From the NCBI GenBank assembly GCA_002429595.1, contig DJAM01000148.1, positions 1 to 41,914 of the forward strand: a DNA stretch of 41,914 bases, given 5' to 3'. Within the stretch, counting starts at the first letter, position 1. Each line of letters starts with the position of its first letter. This document shows positions 17,999 to 25,454 of the stretch, piece by piece. A model generated the notes under the pieces. The model did no database searches and was not told the origin of the DNA. It saw only the letters and a list, made by a program, of their open reading frames with translations. The DNA is from Coxiellaceae bacterium UBA6002. Lineage in GTDB: Bacteria > Pseudomonadota > Gammaproteobacteria > UBA6002. The translations under genes and the position numbers were made by a program.

Positions 17999-18775
17999 TT
18001 ACTGTGTGCAATCTCGATTGCTTGTCGTTGCTCCTAATTTAGTCTGACATAATTTTGCATTAACTAGCATTGCTTCTGTTATCGTCGAGCCATTTACGGT
18101 ACTGTTTGCTAAATTTGCTTGGTTAAAATTAGTTTGTTTGAATGCTTGCTCTGGTGAATTATCGCATGGTGTTAATTCTGAATTGCTTAGATTTGCATTG
18201 GAGAAATTCGCTTTTGTGAAATCTGCATTAATTTTGCTGTTGCTGAGGTTTGCTTTAGAAAAATTACAGTGAGTAAAATCGGCGCCACAGCCACCCATTG
18301 GAGGGCGAACTGTAAGGTTTGTCATGTGAGCGTTCTGGAAATTTGAGTTGATGAACGAAGAGTGCTCAAGAAACGTTGCGCCGTTTAATTTGGCATTTTG
18401 AAAGTTGGTGCGGTTGGCGATGACGGCGTTGAAATGTGAGCCGCTTAAATTCGCGTTTTTGAATGATGCGCCTTTTAAAATCACCTTGCCTACTTGTGGT
18501 GATATTCCGGGTCCAAAATCTGCAGGGCTAAAATAAGCATTGGTTAGATTAGCGCCATCAAATTTCGCGCCAGTTAAATTACAAATTAACGTGCTTTGGC
18601 TGTTTTTGGTCACTAAAGTTTTACTGTCACCTAAAACAAAATTGGTTAAATTTGCATTCGTTAAATCGCAATGTGGACAGCTACACGTCGTTTTTAACTT
18701 ATTAAGATCTTGTTGATTAAAACCGAAAGTGGTGCAGGTTATTCCTAATAATAAGACAAATAGTATATTTTTCAT
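17999..18775 (-). CDS. Secreted pentapeptide-repeat protein
   Basis: 258 aa. Sec signal MKNILFVLLLGITCTTFG. Long run of A(N/D)L(S/T)x pentapeptides (ANLTN, ANLSG, ANLSNS, ANFSNANLSNSELT...). Its 3' end is the right copy of the islet direct repeat. Confidence 0.8.
   Translation of the reverse strand: MKNILFVLLLGITCTTFGFNQQDLNKLKTTCSCPHCDLTNANLTNFVLGDSKTLVTKNSQSTLICNLTGAKFDGANLTNAYFSPADFGPGISPQVGKVILKGASFKNANLSGSHFNAVIANRTNFQNAKLNGATFLEHSSFINSNFQNAHMTNLTVRPPMGGCGADFTHCNFSKANLSNSKINADFTKANFSNANLSNSELTPCDNSPEQAFKQTNFNQANLANSTVNGSTITEAMLVNAKLCQTKLGATTSNRDCTQ
18023..18057. repeat. Right copy of the islet-bounding direct repeat; encodes the C-terminus of the pentapeptide-repeat protein
   Basis: See 16326-16360. 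This copy is in frame (..KLCQTKLGATTSNRDCTQ*). Confidence 0.55.
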
Positions 18776-18787
18776 TTTGTACCTCGT

Positions 18788-20074
18788 TTAGTGAAGTTTA
18801 AAATGCGGTTTAATTTTTCGTGTTAAACGATTGGCAAGTGTTAACAGAAAAACACGCCAAGGGCCATGTAGAATTGCTTGATGTTTTTTGTATAACGATA
18901 AATAAAAAAGACGCGCTAACTTTCCTTCAATCAAGAAGCTGCCTGTAAATCTGCCCATGAGACTGCCAAAGGTATTTCGTTCGCTCGTCGAAATAAGTGA
19001 GCCGTAATCTTTATATTTAAAGTTAGCTAATCGTTTTCCTTCGAGATAACGTGGTATGGTTTTAGCCAAATAAGCCGCTTGTTGGCTTGCTACTTGCGCC
19101 CGTGGAGGTAAAGATTCTTTTTCATTTATTTTTAAATGGCCACAATCGCCCAGCGCAAAAATTGAATCATCAACAATGGTTTGTAATGTTGGTTTAATTT
19201 CGATTTGATTTAAATTGTTAAGAGGTAAGTCTCCTAATTCTTTGGTAATTTCATCGACTTTTACCCCTGCTGCCCAAACTATCATAGTGGCTGGAATTTT
19301 TTTGTCAGCTTTGGTTATGACAGTATCATTATCAATTTCCTTGACGAGCTCATTCACCAGAACGGTAATATTACGTTTTAGTAGCTCTTCAGTGACGACT
19401 TTAGAGATCCGTTCCGGAAGGTTTGCCAAAATTCTTGGTGCTGCTTCAATAAGCGTAATTTTGAATGCTTGTTTAGGATTGACTTGATCAAAGCCAAATT
19501 TCTTGACTTGGTCTAGCATGTAATTTAATTCAGCAGCAAGCTCAACACCTGTGGCGCCGCCTCCTACAATGACAATATTGAGTTCGTTGAGTAGATTATT
19601 TTGGATTCGCAGAATATTTTTTAATAAGACTTGTTGGAAAAGATCGGCTTCTTTGCGTTCGTCCAAGAAAAGACAATTCTCTTTGACACCTTTAACTCTT
19701 AAATCATTAGTAACACTACCAATTGCTAACACTAATACATCATAGGAGAGTTCGCGCTCTGGTAAAACTTCAACATTATTTTCGCTGTTGATTGCATCAA
19801 GATAAATTATTTTGCGCTGACGATCTAAGCCTTTAAGTTTACCAAGGTGGAAAGTGTAGTGGTTTCGACTGGCATGGACGAGATAACTGAGTTCATCTTC
19901 ATTAGCATCAAGCGTGCCAGCTGCAACTTCATGCAACAAAGGCTTCCACAAATGAGTGGGGTTTTGATCAACTAAAATTATTTTTGCTTGTTCTTTTTTT
20001 CCTAATGTCTTACCCAACCGAGTAGCAAGTTCCAAACCACCGGCTCCGCCACCTACGATGACAACCTGTTTCAT
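18788..20074 (-). CDS. ndh: Type II NADH dehydrogenase (NDH-2), FAD/NAD(P)-binding
   Basis: Two Rossmann GxGxxG motifs (VVIVGGGAGGLE, IVIVGGGATGVELAAEL). Start placed at ATG 20074 (MKQVVIVGGG), which overlaps the stop of the upstream small gene in ATGA. Confidence 0.85.
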   Translation of the reverse strand: MKQVVIVGGGAGGLELATRLGKTLGKKEQAKIILVDQNPTHLWKPLLHEVAAGTLDANEDELSYLVHASRNHYTFHLGKLKGLDRQRKIIYLDAINSENNVEVLPERELSYDVLVLAIGSVTNDLRVKGVKENCLFLDERKEADLFQQVLLKNILRIQNNLLNELNIVIVGGGATGVELAAELNYMLDQVKKFGFDQVNPKQAFKITLIEAAPRILANLPERISKVVTEELLKRNITVLVNELVKEIDNDTVITKADKKIPATMIVWAAGVKVDEITKELGDLPLNNLNQIEIKPTLQTIVDDSIFALGDCGHLKINEKESLPPRAQVASQQAAYLAKTIPRYLEGKRLANFKYKDYGSLISTSERNTFGSLMGRFTGSFLIEGKLARLFYLSLYKKHQAILHGPWRVFLLTLANRLTRKIKPHFKLH

Positions 20075-20235
20075 GGATTTTCTTCTTGAACTTTTGAGCG
20101 ATCCTGCGACTGTGTATAACCACACTGCACACATTTAATCGTTTCTAAATTACCTTCTTTTCGATAAGAAAGCTTGTCAAATTGATGACAAGAAGGGCAA
20201 ATGGCACCGGCTATGAATTTTAGATTATTCGTCAT
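20071..20235 (-). CDS. YheV-like zinc-ribbon small protein (DUF2387)
   Basis: 54-aa ORF absent from the track (<60 aa): MTNNLKFIAGAICPSCHQFDKLSYRKEGNLETIKCVQCGYTQSQDRSKVQEENP. Pattern FIAGA.CP.C...D.......N...V.CV.CG matches E. coli YheV. Its stop TGA overlaps the ndh ATG. Confidence 0.6.
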   Translation of the reverse strand: MTNNLKFIAGAICPSCHQFDKLSYRKEGNLETIKCVQCGYTQSQDRSKVQEENP

Positions 20236-20237
20236 AA

Positions 20238-20612
20238 TTAAGAATGCATCGTCATAATTAACAGCAGCGCACCGACCACTGCAAAATTAGCATAAAAAAC
20301 AAAAGAAACATTCCTTCTTTGTAACCCTTCCATTGTCCAGTAGTTACAAATGATAAAGTTAACTGCAAGGGTGAAAATAATTAATGCTAGAGCCGCAAAC
20401 ATCGAATAAAAATTAAAGATGATTGCAAGACTGCCTAGTATCTCAGTAACAATGACTAAATATAAAACAATTCTAGGAAAAGGAATTTTTTTTGCTTTGA
20501 TCAAGCCTAACAATTTGTCTTTGTTATAAGCGTTATTAATGCCTGCTTTAAGGAAATAAAAAGCAAGTAGAAAACGACCGAGTGTAGCTAGGTAGAAAGT
20601 CCAATCAGTCAT
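20238..20612 (-). CDS. DoxX-family membrane protein
   Basis: 124 aa, 3-4 TM. N-terminal LGRFLLAFYFLKAG is typical of DoxX. Confidence 0.65.
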   Translation of the reverse strand: MTDWTFYLATLGRFLLAFYFLKAGINNAYNKDKLLGLIKAKKIPFPRIVLYLVIVTEILGSLAIIFNFYSMFAALALIIFTLAVNFIICNYWTMEGLQRRNVSFVFYANFAVVGALLLIMTMHS

Positions 20613-20705
20613 GGGGGAATCTCAACGTAAACTGAAAGTTCTATATTACAAAAAAGTCTCGCAAATTGCGATTAAAGTCTTATAAAACCAGAGATATATT
20701 TTCTT

Positions 20706-20813
20706 TCCCGTACACGTTCCCGTTCACGAATCATATAGGCCACTTGGATAAAGAGTACGAGATGTAACTAAGTTCTTATTGGTCTGTATTATTATTCGGG
20801 AACGGGAACGTTA
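20706..20813. repeat. Long-spacer inverted repeat cgttcccgttcacgaat ... attcgggaacgggaacg (16/17 match, ~68-nt spacer)
   Basis: Read directly from the sequence. Lies between the doxX start and the minus-strand terminator. Confidence 0.4.
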
Positions 20814-20814
20814 A

Positions 20815-20858
20815 AATAAAAAAGGGGGTGCTAAAGATAAACTCTAGCACCCCCTCCC
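20815..20858 (-). terminator. Intrinsic terminator oriented for minus-strand transcription
   Basis: Minus strand gggagggggtgcta-gagtttatctt-tagcacccccTTTTTTATTTT: a 10-bp GC-rich stem (20824-20833 / 20846-20855) followed by a U-tract. The plus-strand side lacks a U-tract. Confidence 0.6.
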
Positions 20859-21090
20859 AGGCAATCCTTGCCTGAAAACTCATCAAACAGTCCCTGTAGA
20901 ACTCACTCCCTTAGAAATTGAATAACTTTCCATTTGGCACTTACCGAAACCGGCTTGTTGCAGACCCTTGCATTCACTCCTCCAAGTTCCTTGTCTTTAC
21001 TTCCTTGCTAAGCCCTAAGCTCATCCATTAACCCCGAAGGCACTCTAATTGATATTTCAGCTCATACAAGTACTACAGGTATAAATCAGT
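20815..21090 (-). ncRNA. Candidate purine-rich, GGA-motif-rich sRNA (CsrB/RsmY/RsmZ-like CsrA-titrating RNA?)
   Basis: The minus-strand sequence upstream of the terminator has no ORF and about 10 GGA motifs in ~230 nt, many in A/CAAGGA or AGGGA context: caaGGAag, caaGGAac, ttGGAGGAg, aatGGAaag, aaGGGAg, caGGGAc, caaGGAtt, ctGGGAggg. Local GC is above surrounding intergenic DNA. The 5' end is not defined. Confidence 0.35.
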
Positions 21091-21234
21091 TAATGTTAAG
21101 GTTTTGTTAAAATCTTAAGTTGAAAAAATTTTTTTAAAAACATGGAGTTGACAAATTTGAGGCCGAATTAAAAATCTTTTTGCCAGCACAACTATGGAAG
21201 ATGTCTTACAAATTCATGGGAATTTTGATTACAA

Positions 21235-21280
21235 AAGACTAAGAAGGTTTTTAAGAAAATGGCTTAGTCTTTTTTTAAAT
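21235..21280. terminator. Hairpin overlapping the msrB stop codon, with T-run on the plus side
   Basis: aagactaag (21235-21243) / cttagtctt (21263-21271) followed by ttttttaaat. On the minus strand it is followed by ttgtaat. It could terminate msrB (minus) and/or a short plus-strand transcript starting near TTGACA 21148-21153. Confidence 0.5.
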
Positions 21281-21623
21281 CCAAAGAAGCAGAATTGATG
21301 CAATAGCGCAATCCGGTAGGGTTTGGACCATCTGAAAATACGTGACCTAGATGAGCTCCACATTTATTGCAGGTCACTTCGACTCTACGCATGTTGTGGC
21401 TGTTATCTTCCTCTTCAGAGGTTGCATTGCTGACTGGTTGATAAAAGCTTGGCCAACCCGTGCCAGAATCATATTTGGTTTCAGAAGAAAACAAAGGAGT
21501 ACCGCAACATTTACAAACATACATCCCCTGCTCTTTGCAATTCCAATATTTTCCAGTAAAAGCAGGTTCAGTGCCTTTCAAGCGGCAAATGGCGTATTCT
21601 TCAGGGGTTAATTTCTTTTCCAA
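21264..21623 (-). CDS. msrB: Peptide methionine sulfoxide reductase MsrB (Zn-binding type)
   Basis: 119 aa. Two CxxC pairs ([21 protein letters not shown]) and the catalytic RYCINSASL. Confidence 0.9.
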   Translation of the reverse strand: MEKKLTPEEYAICRLKGTEPAFTGKYWNCKEQGMYVCKCCGTPLFSSETKYDSGTGWPSFYQPVSNATSEEEDNSHNMRRVEVTCNKCGAHLGHVFSDGPNPTGLRYCINSASLDLKKD

Positions 21624-21746
21624 GGTGAACTCCTAATCAAAAGTTTCATTGAACAAAAATCTTGTGGTATTTTTGCAGTTTATCTAATTATAGGACACCC
21701 ACATCGCTACGGGTATATAAGCACTAAATCCGAATAAGAGGGAAAC

Positions 21747-22316
21747 ATGGCTACTTACAGTACTAATGAATTTAAGAGTGGTTTAAAAGTGATGATTGAC
21801 AATGATCCATGTTCAATCATCGAAAACGAATATGTTAAGCCTGGCAAAGGACAAGCTTTTAACCGGGTACGCTATCGCAATTTAAAAACTGGCAGGGTGC
21901 TCGAAAAAACGTTCAAATCAGGAGATTCTCTACCGGGAGCTGACGTCAGCGAATCGGAAATGCAATACCTCTACAATGATGGTGAATTTTGGCATTTCAT
22001 GTCGCCAGAGACCTTTGAACAATACGCAGCCAATCCAGAAATAGTTGGAGAAGCACGTCAATGGTTAAAAGAACAAGATCAGTGTACGGTCACTATGTGG
22101 AATGGTAATCCGCTCATCGTCACAGCACCCAACTTTGTAACATTGAAAGTTATTCAGACAGATCCAGGTATCAAAGGTGATACCGTGAGTGGTGGCAACA
22201 AACCAGCTACCCTCGAAACGGGTGCGGTCATTCGCGTGCCATTATTTGTTGATATTGGCGATTTAATTAAAGTTGATACTCGTTCCGGTGAGTATGTGTC
22301 TCGTGTGAAAGAATAA
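21747..22316 (+). CDS. efp: Elongation factor P
   Basis: 189 aa. KPGKGQAF loop carrying the modifiable Lys. Classic EF-P N-terminus [14 protein letters not shown]. Confidence 0.92.
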   Translation: MATYSTNEFKSGLKVMIDNDPCSIIENEYVKPGKGQAFNRVRYRNLKTGRVLEKTFKSGDSLPGADVSESEMQYLYNDGEFWHFMSPETFEQYAANPEIVGEARQWLKEQDQCTVTMWNGNPLIVTAPNFVTLKVIQTDPGIKGDTVSGGNKPATLETGAVIRVPLFVDIGDLIKVDTRSGEYVSRVKE

Positions 22317-23278
22317 TGTTACTGGACTGGCAACCTACTTCAACGCTCGATAATTTACGCTTAAGGGCGAAAGTACTAAAAAAAATACGTACTTTTTTTG
22401 AAAACTTATCGGTGTTAGAAGTAGAAACGCCGTTGATCGGAAGCAGTACCGCGACCGACCCCTATATTCAAAGTTTTGAAACCAGATTGGATCTTTCGGG
22501 CACGAGTGTCGGTCGTTTCCTGCAAACATCCCCTGAATTTCCCATGAAACGACTGCTTTGTGCTGGATCGGGATCGATTTATCAAATCTGTAAAGCGTTT
22601 CGCAATGGCGAAATCAGCGCTAAGCACAACCCCGAATTTACCATTTTAGAGTGGTATCAAGTGGGTTATACTCATATTGAGCTGATGAAAGAGGTGGCTG
22701 AATTTTTACGGTGGATATTGGATTGCCCGCCTGCCCAATGGCTAACGTATAAGGAATTATTTAATATTTATTTTGGAATCAATCCGCATACCTGTGACAT
22801 ACAACAACTACAAGACATATCACAAAAATATCATTTAAGTTTGGCAAACACGGAAACTAATAAAGACGTCTGGCTCGATCTCTTATTAACTCATATTATT
22901 GAGCCTGAGTTAGGACTAAATGAGCCGATTTTTATTTACAATTATCCTGCGAGCCAAGCTGCATTAGCAAAAATTAGAAAAGAAGAAGATTATCAGGTTG
23001 GCGAAAGGTTCGAGGTGTACTATAAAAGTATAGAGCTTGCTAATGGTTACCATGAGCTTGGTGATCCGGAAGAACAACTACAAAGATTCAATCAAGATAA
23101 TATAGTCAGAAAACGACAAGGTTTGCCGATCATACCGATTGATCACTACTTTTTGGATGCTTTAGGAAATCTTCCTGAATGTGCCGGTGTTGCATTAGGC
23201 ATCGACCGGTTAGTTTGTTTAGCAGCAAATACTATGAATATTCAGGATGTGCTTACTTTTCCAAGTTCCTCTAGTTGA
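22316..23278 (+). CDS. epmA: EF-P Lys34 lysyltransferase EpmA (PoxA/GenX, truncated class II LysRS paralog)
   Basis: 320 aa. Class II aaRS motifs (FRNGEIS..HNPEFTILEWY; GVALGIDRLV). The start ATG overlaps the efp stop (TAATG). Confidence 0.85.
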   Translation: MLLDWQPTSTLDNLRLRAKVLKKIRTFFENLSVLEVETPLIGSSTATDPYIQSFETRLDLSGTSVGRFLQTSPEFPMKRLLCAGSGSIYQICKAFRNGEISAKHNPEFTILEWYQVGYTHIELMKEVAEFLRWILDCPPAQWLTYKELFNIYFGINPHTCDIQQLQDISQKYHLSLANTETNKDVWLDLLLTHIIEPELGLNEPIFIYNYPASQAALAKIRKEEDYQVGERFEVYYKSIELANGYHELGDPEEQLQRFNQDNIVRKRQGLPIIPIDHYFLDALGNLPECAGVALGIDRLVCLAANTMNIQDVLTFPSSSS

Positions 23279-23312
23279 TGAGGAGCTTATCAACCCAGGG
23301 AGATGGACTTCC

Positions 23313-23876
23313 ATGATTCGAGCATTTTTAGCAATTAGTCTGGACGATGATGTCAAACATCAACTCTTTCGGGTTGGAACTTCGCTCAAAGAAAAATTAA
23401 ATCTATCTGTCAAATGGGTGAAGGAAAACCATCTTCATTTAACATTACGTTTTTTAGGAAACTTAGAGCAACGCGATGTCGATGTACTCACTAATTCGCT
23501 TTCGGGCCTTGAAAGTTTATCGTCCTTTGATTTGAACTTCAGCCAAGTGATAGCCTTTCCCTTGCAAAAGCCACGGGTCATTGGTATGGCGATTAAACCA
23601 TCCGAAAACTTAGGTGAATTAGTAAATTTTTTAAGCAATCGTTTGCTGCAATTAGGATTTGAGCCTGAAGAACGAACTTTCATGCCGCATATTACTCTAG
23701 GAAGAATTGCAAAGCCTCGACGAAAAGGTTTGCAGTTAACTGCTTGTGAATTCCCAAAAAAGCAAGCCGTTACAGCAGTGACTCTTTATCAAAGTCAAAT
23801 AAGTCCAGAAGGAAGCATTTATTCAATTCTTCACCAATTTCCACTCAAGGCTACTGTTGAAGAGTCGACTATTTAG
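23313..23876 (+). CDS. thpR: RNA 2',3'-cyclic phosphodiesterase ThpR (2H / LigT family)
   Basis: Two HxTxxF/HxTLxR motifs (HLTLRFLG and HITLGR). Start placed at ATG 23313 (MIRAFLAIS...), preceded by GGGAGA. Confidence 0.75.
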   Translation: MIRAFLAISLDDDVKHQLFRVGTSLKEKLNLSVKWVKENHLHLTLRFLGNLEQRDVDVLTNSLSGLESLSSFDLNFSQVIAFPLQKPRVIGMAIKPSENLGELVNFLSNRLLQLGFEPEERTFMPHITLGRIAKPRRKGLQLTACEFPKKQAVTAVTLYQSQISPEGSIYSILHQFPLKATVEESTI

Positions 23877-25300
23877 GTATTTTTTTCTACTTGGTATGGT
23901 TTGAGCCAATTGGGTTTGCGTCTAAGATAAATAATAACAGGCGAAATAGTCAGAAGTAATATTCCAAGAATTAAAATAGCTTCATAGGTGAAGATATTGC
24001 CGATACTAAGTTGAGTAGGTGGTATGAATCCTAAAATAATTGCTCCGATTGCGGACAAACTCCCAAGGAGGCAAACGATGATTAATCCAAATTTGCCGCC
24101 CGGCACTTTGAACTGGCGTTTAACCTCTGGGTGTTTAAAACGCAGCCAAACCGCTGCTGCGAATAACGCAATGTAGACAAACATGGCAAGCTGAGCTGTC
24201 ATTGCTGTGAGAACCCAATAACTGCTGCTTACTGTCGGCATAAGCAAAAAGACAGCGCACAATATCGTAAAGATAGTTGCCTGAAAAATGAGCAAGGTGA
24301 CAGGAACTTCTCTTTGATTTACAAGACCAAATATCGGCGGCACACTACCATCTTGTGCAGCAATTAGTAATCCTTTTGTTGGGCCGATAATCCAGGTAGC
24401 AACACTGCCAATACCACCGATGATGATTAATAAAGTAATAATCGGCCCCATCCAGTTCATGTTATAAGCGGAGAAGAAAATTTCAAACGCTTGGACTAAT
24501 CCTGTTACCACATTTAATTCGCGATTCGGCACTACGATTGCAATAGCTAGTGAAGATAAAACCAGCGAGATGAAAATAATAGTGGTAGAAACAAGAATAG
24601 CTCTTGGATAAACCTTGCCAGGATTTTTTACTTCATCGGCGTGTACTGCCGACATTTCCATTCCGACTAGACCAAACAACACTGCAGTTAAGAATGACAA
24701 AGTTGCTGGATTGGTCCAAGTTGGCCAAAACTCTGCTTTGGTGAAATGAATTTGTACTGGATTGCCAAGCAGCAACCAAATGATGCCTAAGCAGATGATG
24801 AACACCATTGGAAAAAGAGTTCCTAGTAAAGCGCCTAAGGTACTGACAATACTTGAGGTGCGCATCCCATAGAAATTAATCAGCGTGGCGCTCCAGAAAA
24901 TGACGATGACCACCAGCAACATATAAACTTTACTGTTGGCAAGCGCAGGATTAATTAAGTAAGCGAGAGCACCGCCAATGAATGATAAAATGGTGGGATA
25001 CCAGACTATGTTGTAGACCCATTGCAACCAGATAATGATAAAACCGGCTAAATCTCCAAACGCTTCACGAACCCAAACATAGATGCCACCTTTATTCGGC
25101 CAACCCGTTGCTAATTCAGCGGAAACCAATGCAGTTGGAATGAAAAAAGTAAGAGAAGCGAGTAAATAATAAAACACCAGCGAGAAGCCATACGCCGCAC
25201 TAAACGGTAAACTTCGAAGGCTATCGACCGCAATGACATTAATCATTACCAAACTGAAAACGCCTAAAGTTTTTCCGGGTTTAAAACTAGCCACTGCCAT
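23873..25300 (-). CDS. APC-superfamily amino acid permease/antiporter (about 12 TM)
   Basis: 475 aa, highly hydrophobic. The N-terminal region (FSLVMINVIAVDSLRSLP...GGIYVWVREAFG) is typical of APC transporters. Confidence 0.75.
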   Translation of the reverse strand: MAVASFKPGKTLGVFSLVMINVIAVDSLRSLPFSAAYGFSLVFYYLLASLTFFIPTALVSAELATGWPNKGGIYVWVREAFGDLAGFIIIWLQWVYNIVWYPTILSFIGGALAYLINPALANSKVYMLLVVIVIFWSATLINFYGMRTSSIVSTLGALLGTLFPMVFIICLGIIWLLLGNPVQIHFTKAEFWPTWTNPATLSFLTAVLFGLVGMEMSAVHADEVKNPGKVYPRAILVSTTIIFISLVLSSLAIAIVVPNRELNVVTGLVQAFEIFFSAYNMNWMGPIITLLIIIGGIGSVATWIIGPTKGLLIAAQDGSVPPIFGLVNQREVPVTLLIFQATIFTILCAVFLLMPTVSSSYWVLTAMTAQLAMFVYIALFAAAVWLRFKHPEVKRQFKVPGGKFGLIIVCLLGSLSAIGAIILGFIPPTQLSIGNIFTYEAILILGILLLTISPVIIYLRRKPNWLKPYQVEKNT

Positions 25301-25330
25301 TCGATTATGCCTTTCTAACTATTTGTGCTC

Positions 25331-25360
25331 AGCTATTCCCGCTCAAGAGCGGGAGTAGCT
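25331..25360. repeat. 30-nt palindrome related to the REP-like unit (degenerate single unit)
   Basis: agctattcccgctc-aa-gagcgggagtagct. The core attcccgc...gcggga(g)t resembles cattcccgcgaaagcgggaatg. Confidence 0.4.
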
Positions 25361-25454
25361 TCCTTATAACATGCGTCGCGAAAAAATAAATTTTTCGCTA
25401 GCAATTAGGGGAGAATTTGCATTCTCCCCCTAATAACCCCCATCGCTTAATTGT

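Noticed and set aside
20862-21090. Considered whether the GGA-rich intergenic RNA is tmRNA, RNase P RNA, SRP RNA or 6S RNA
   Set aside because: It lacks the tmRNA 3' CCA/T-arm and tag-ORF features. It lacks the RNase P GGAAAGUCCGG and AGGGUGAAA boxes. It lacks the SRP domain IV motif. It shows no 6S-like long central bubble, as far as can be judged by eye. It therefore stays as an unclassified sRNA candidate.
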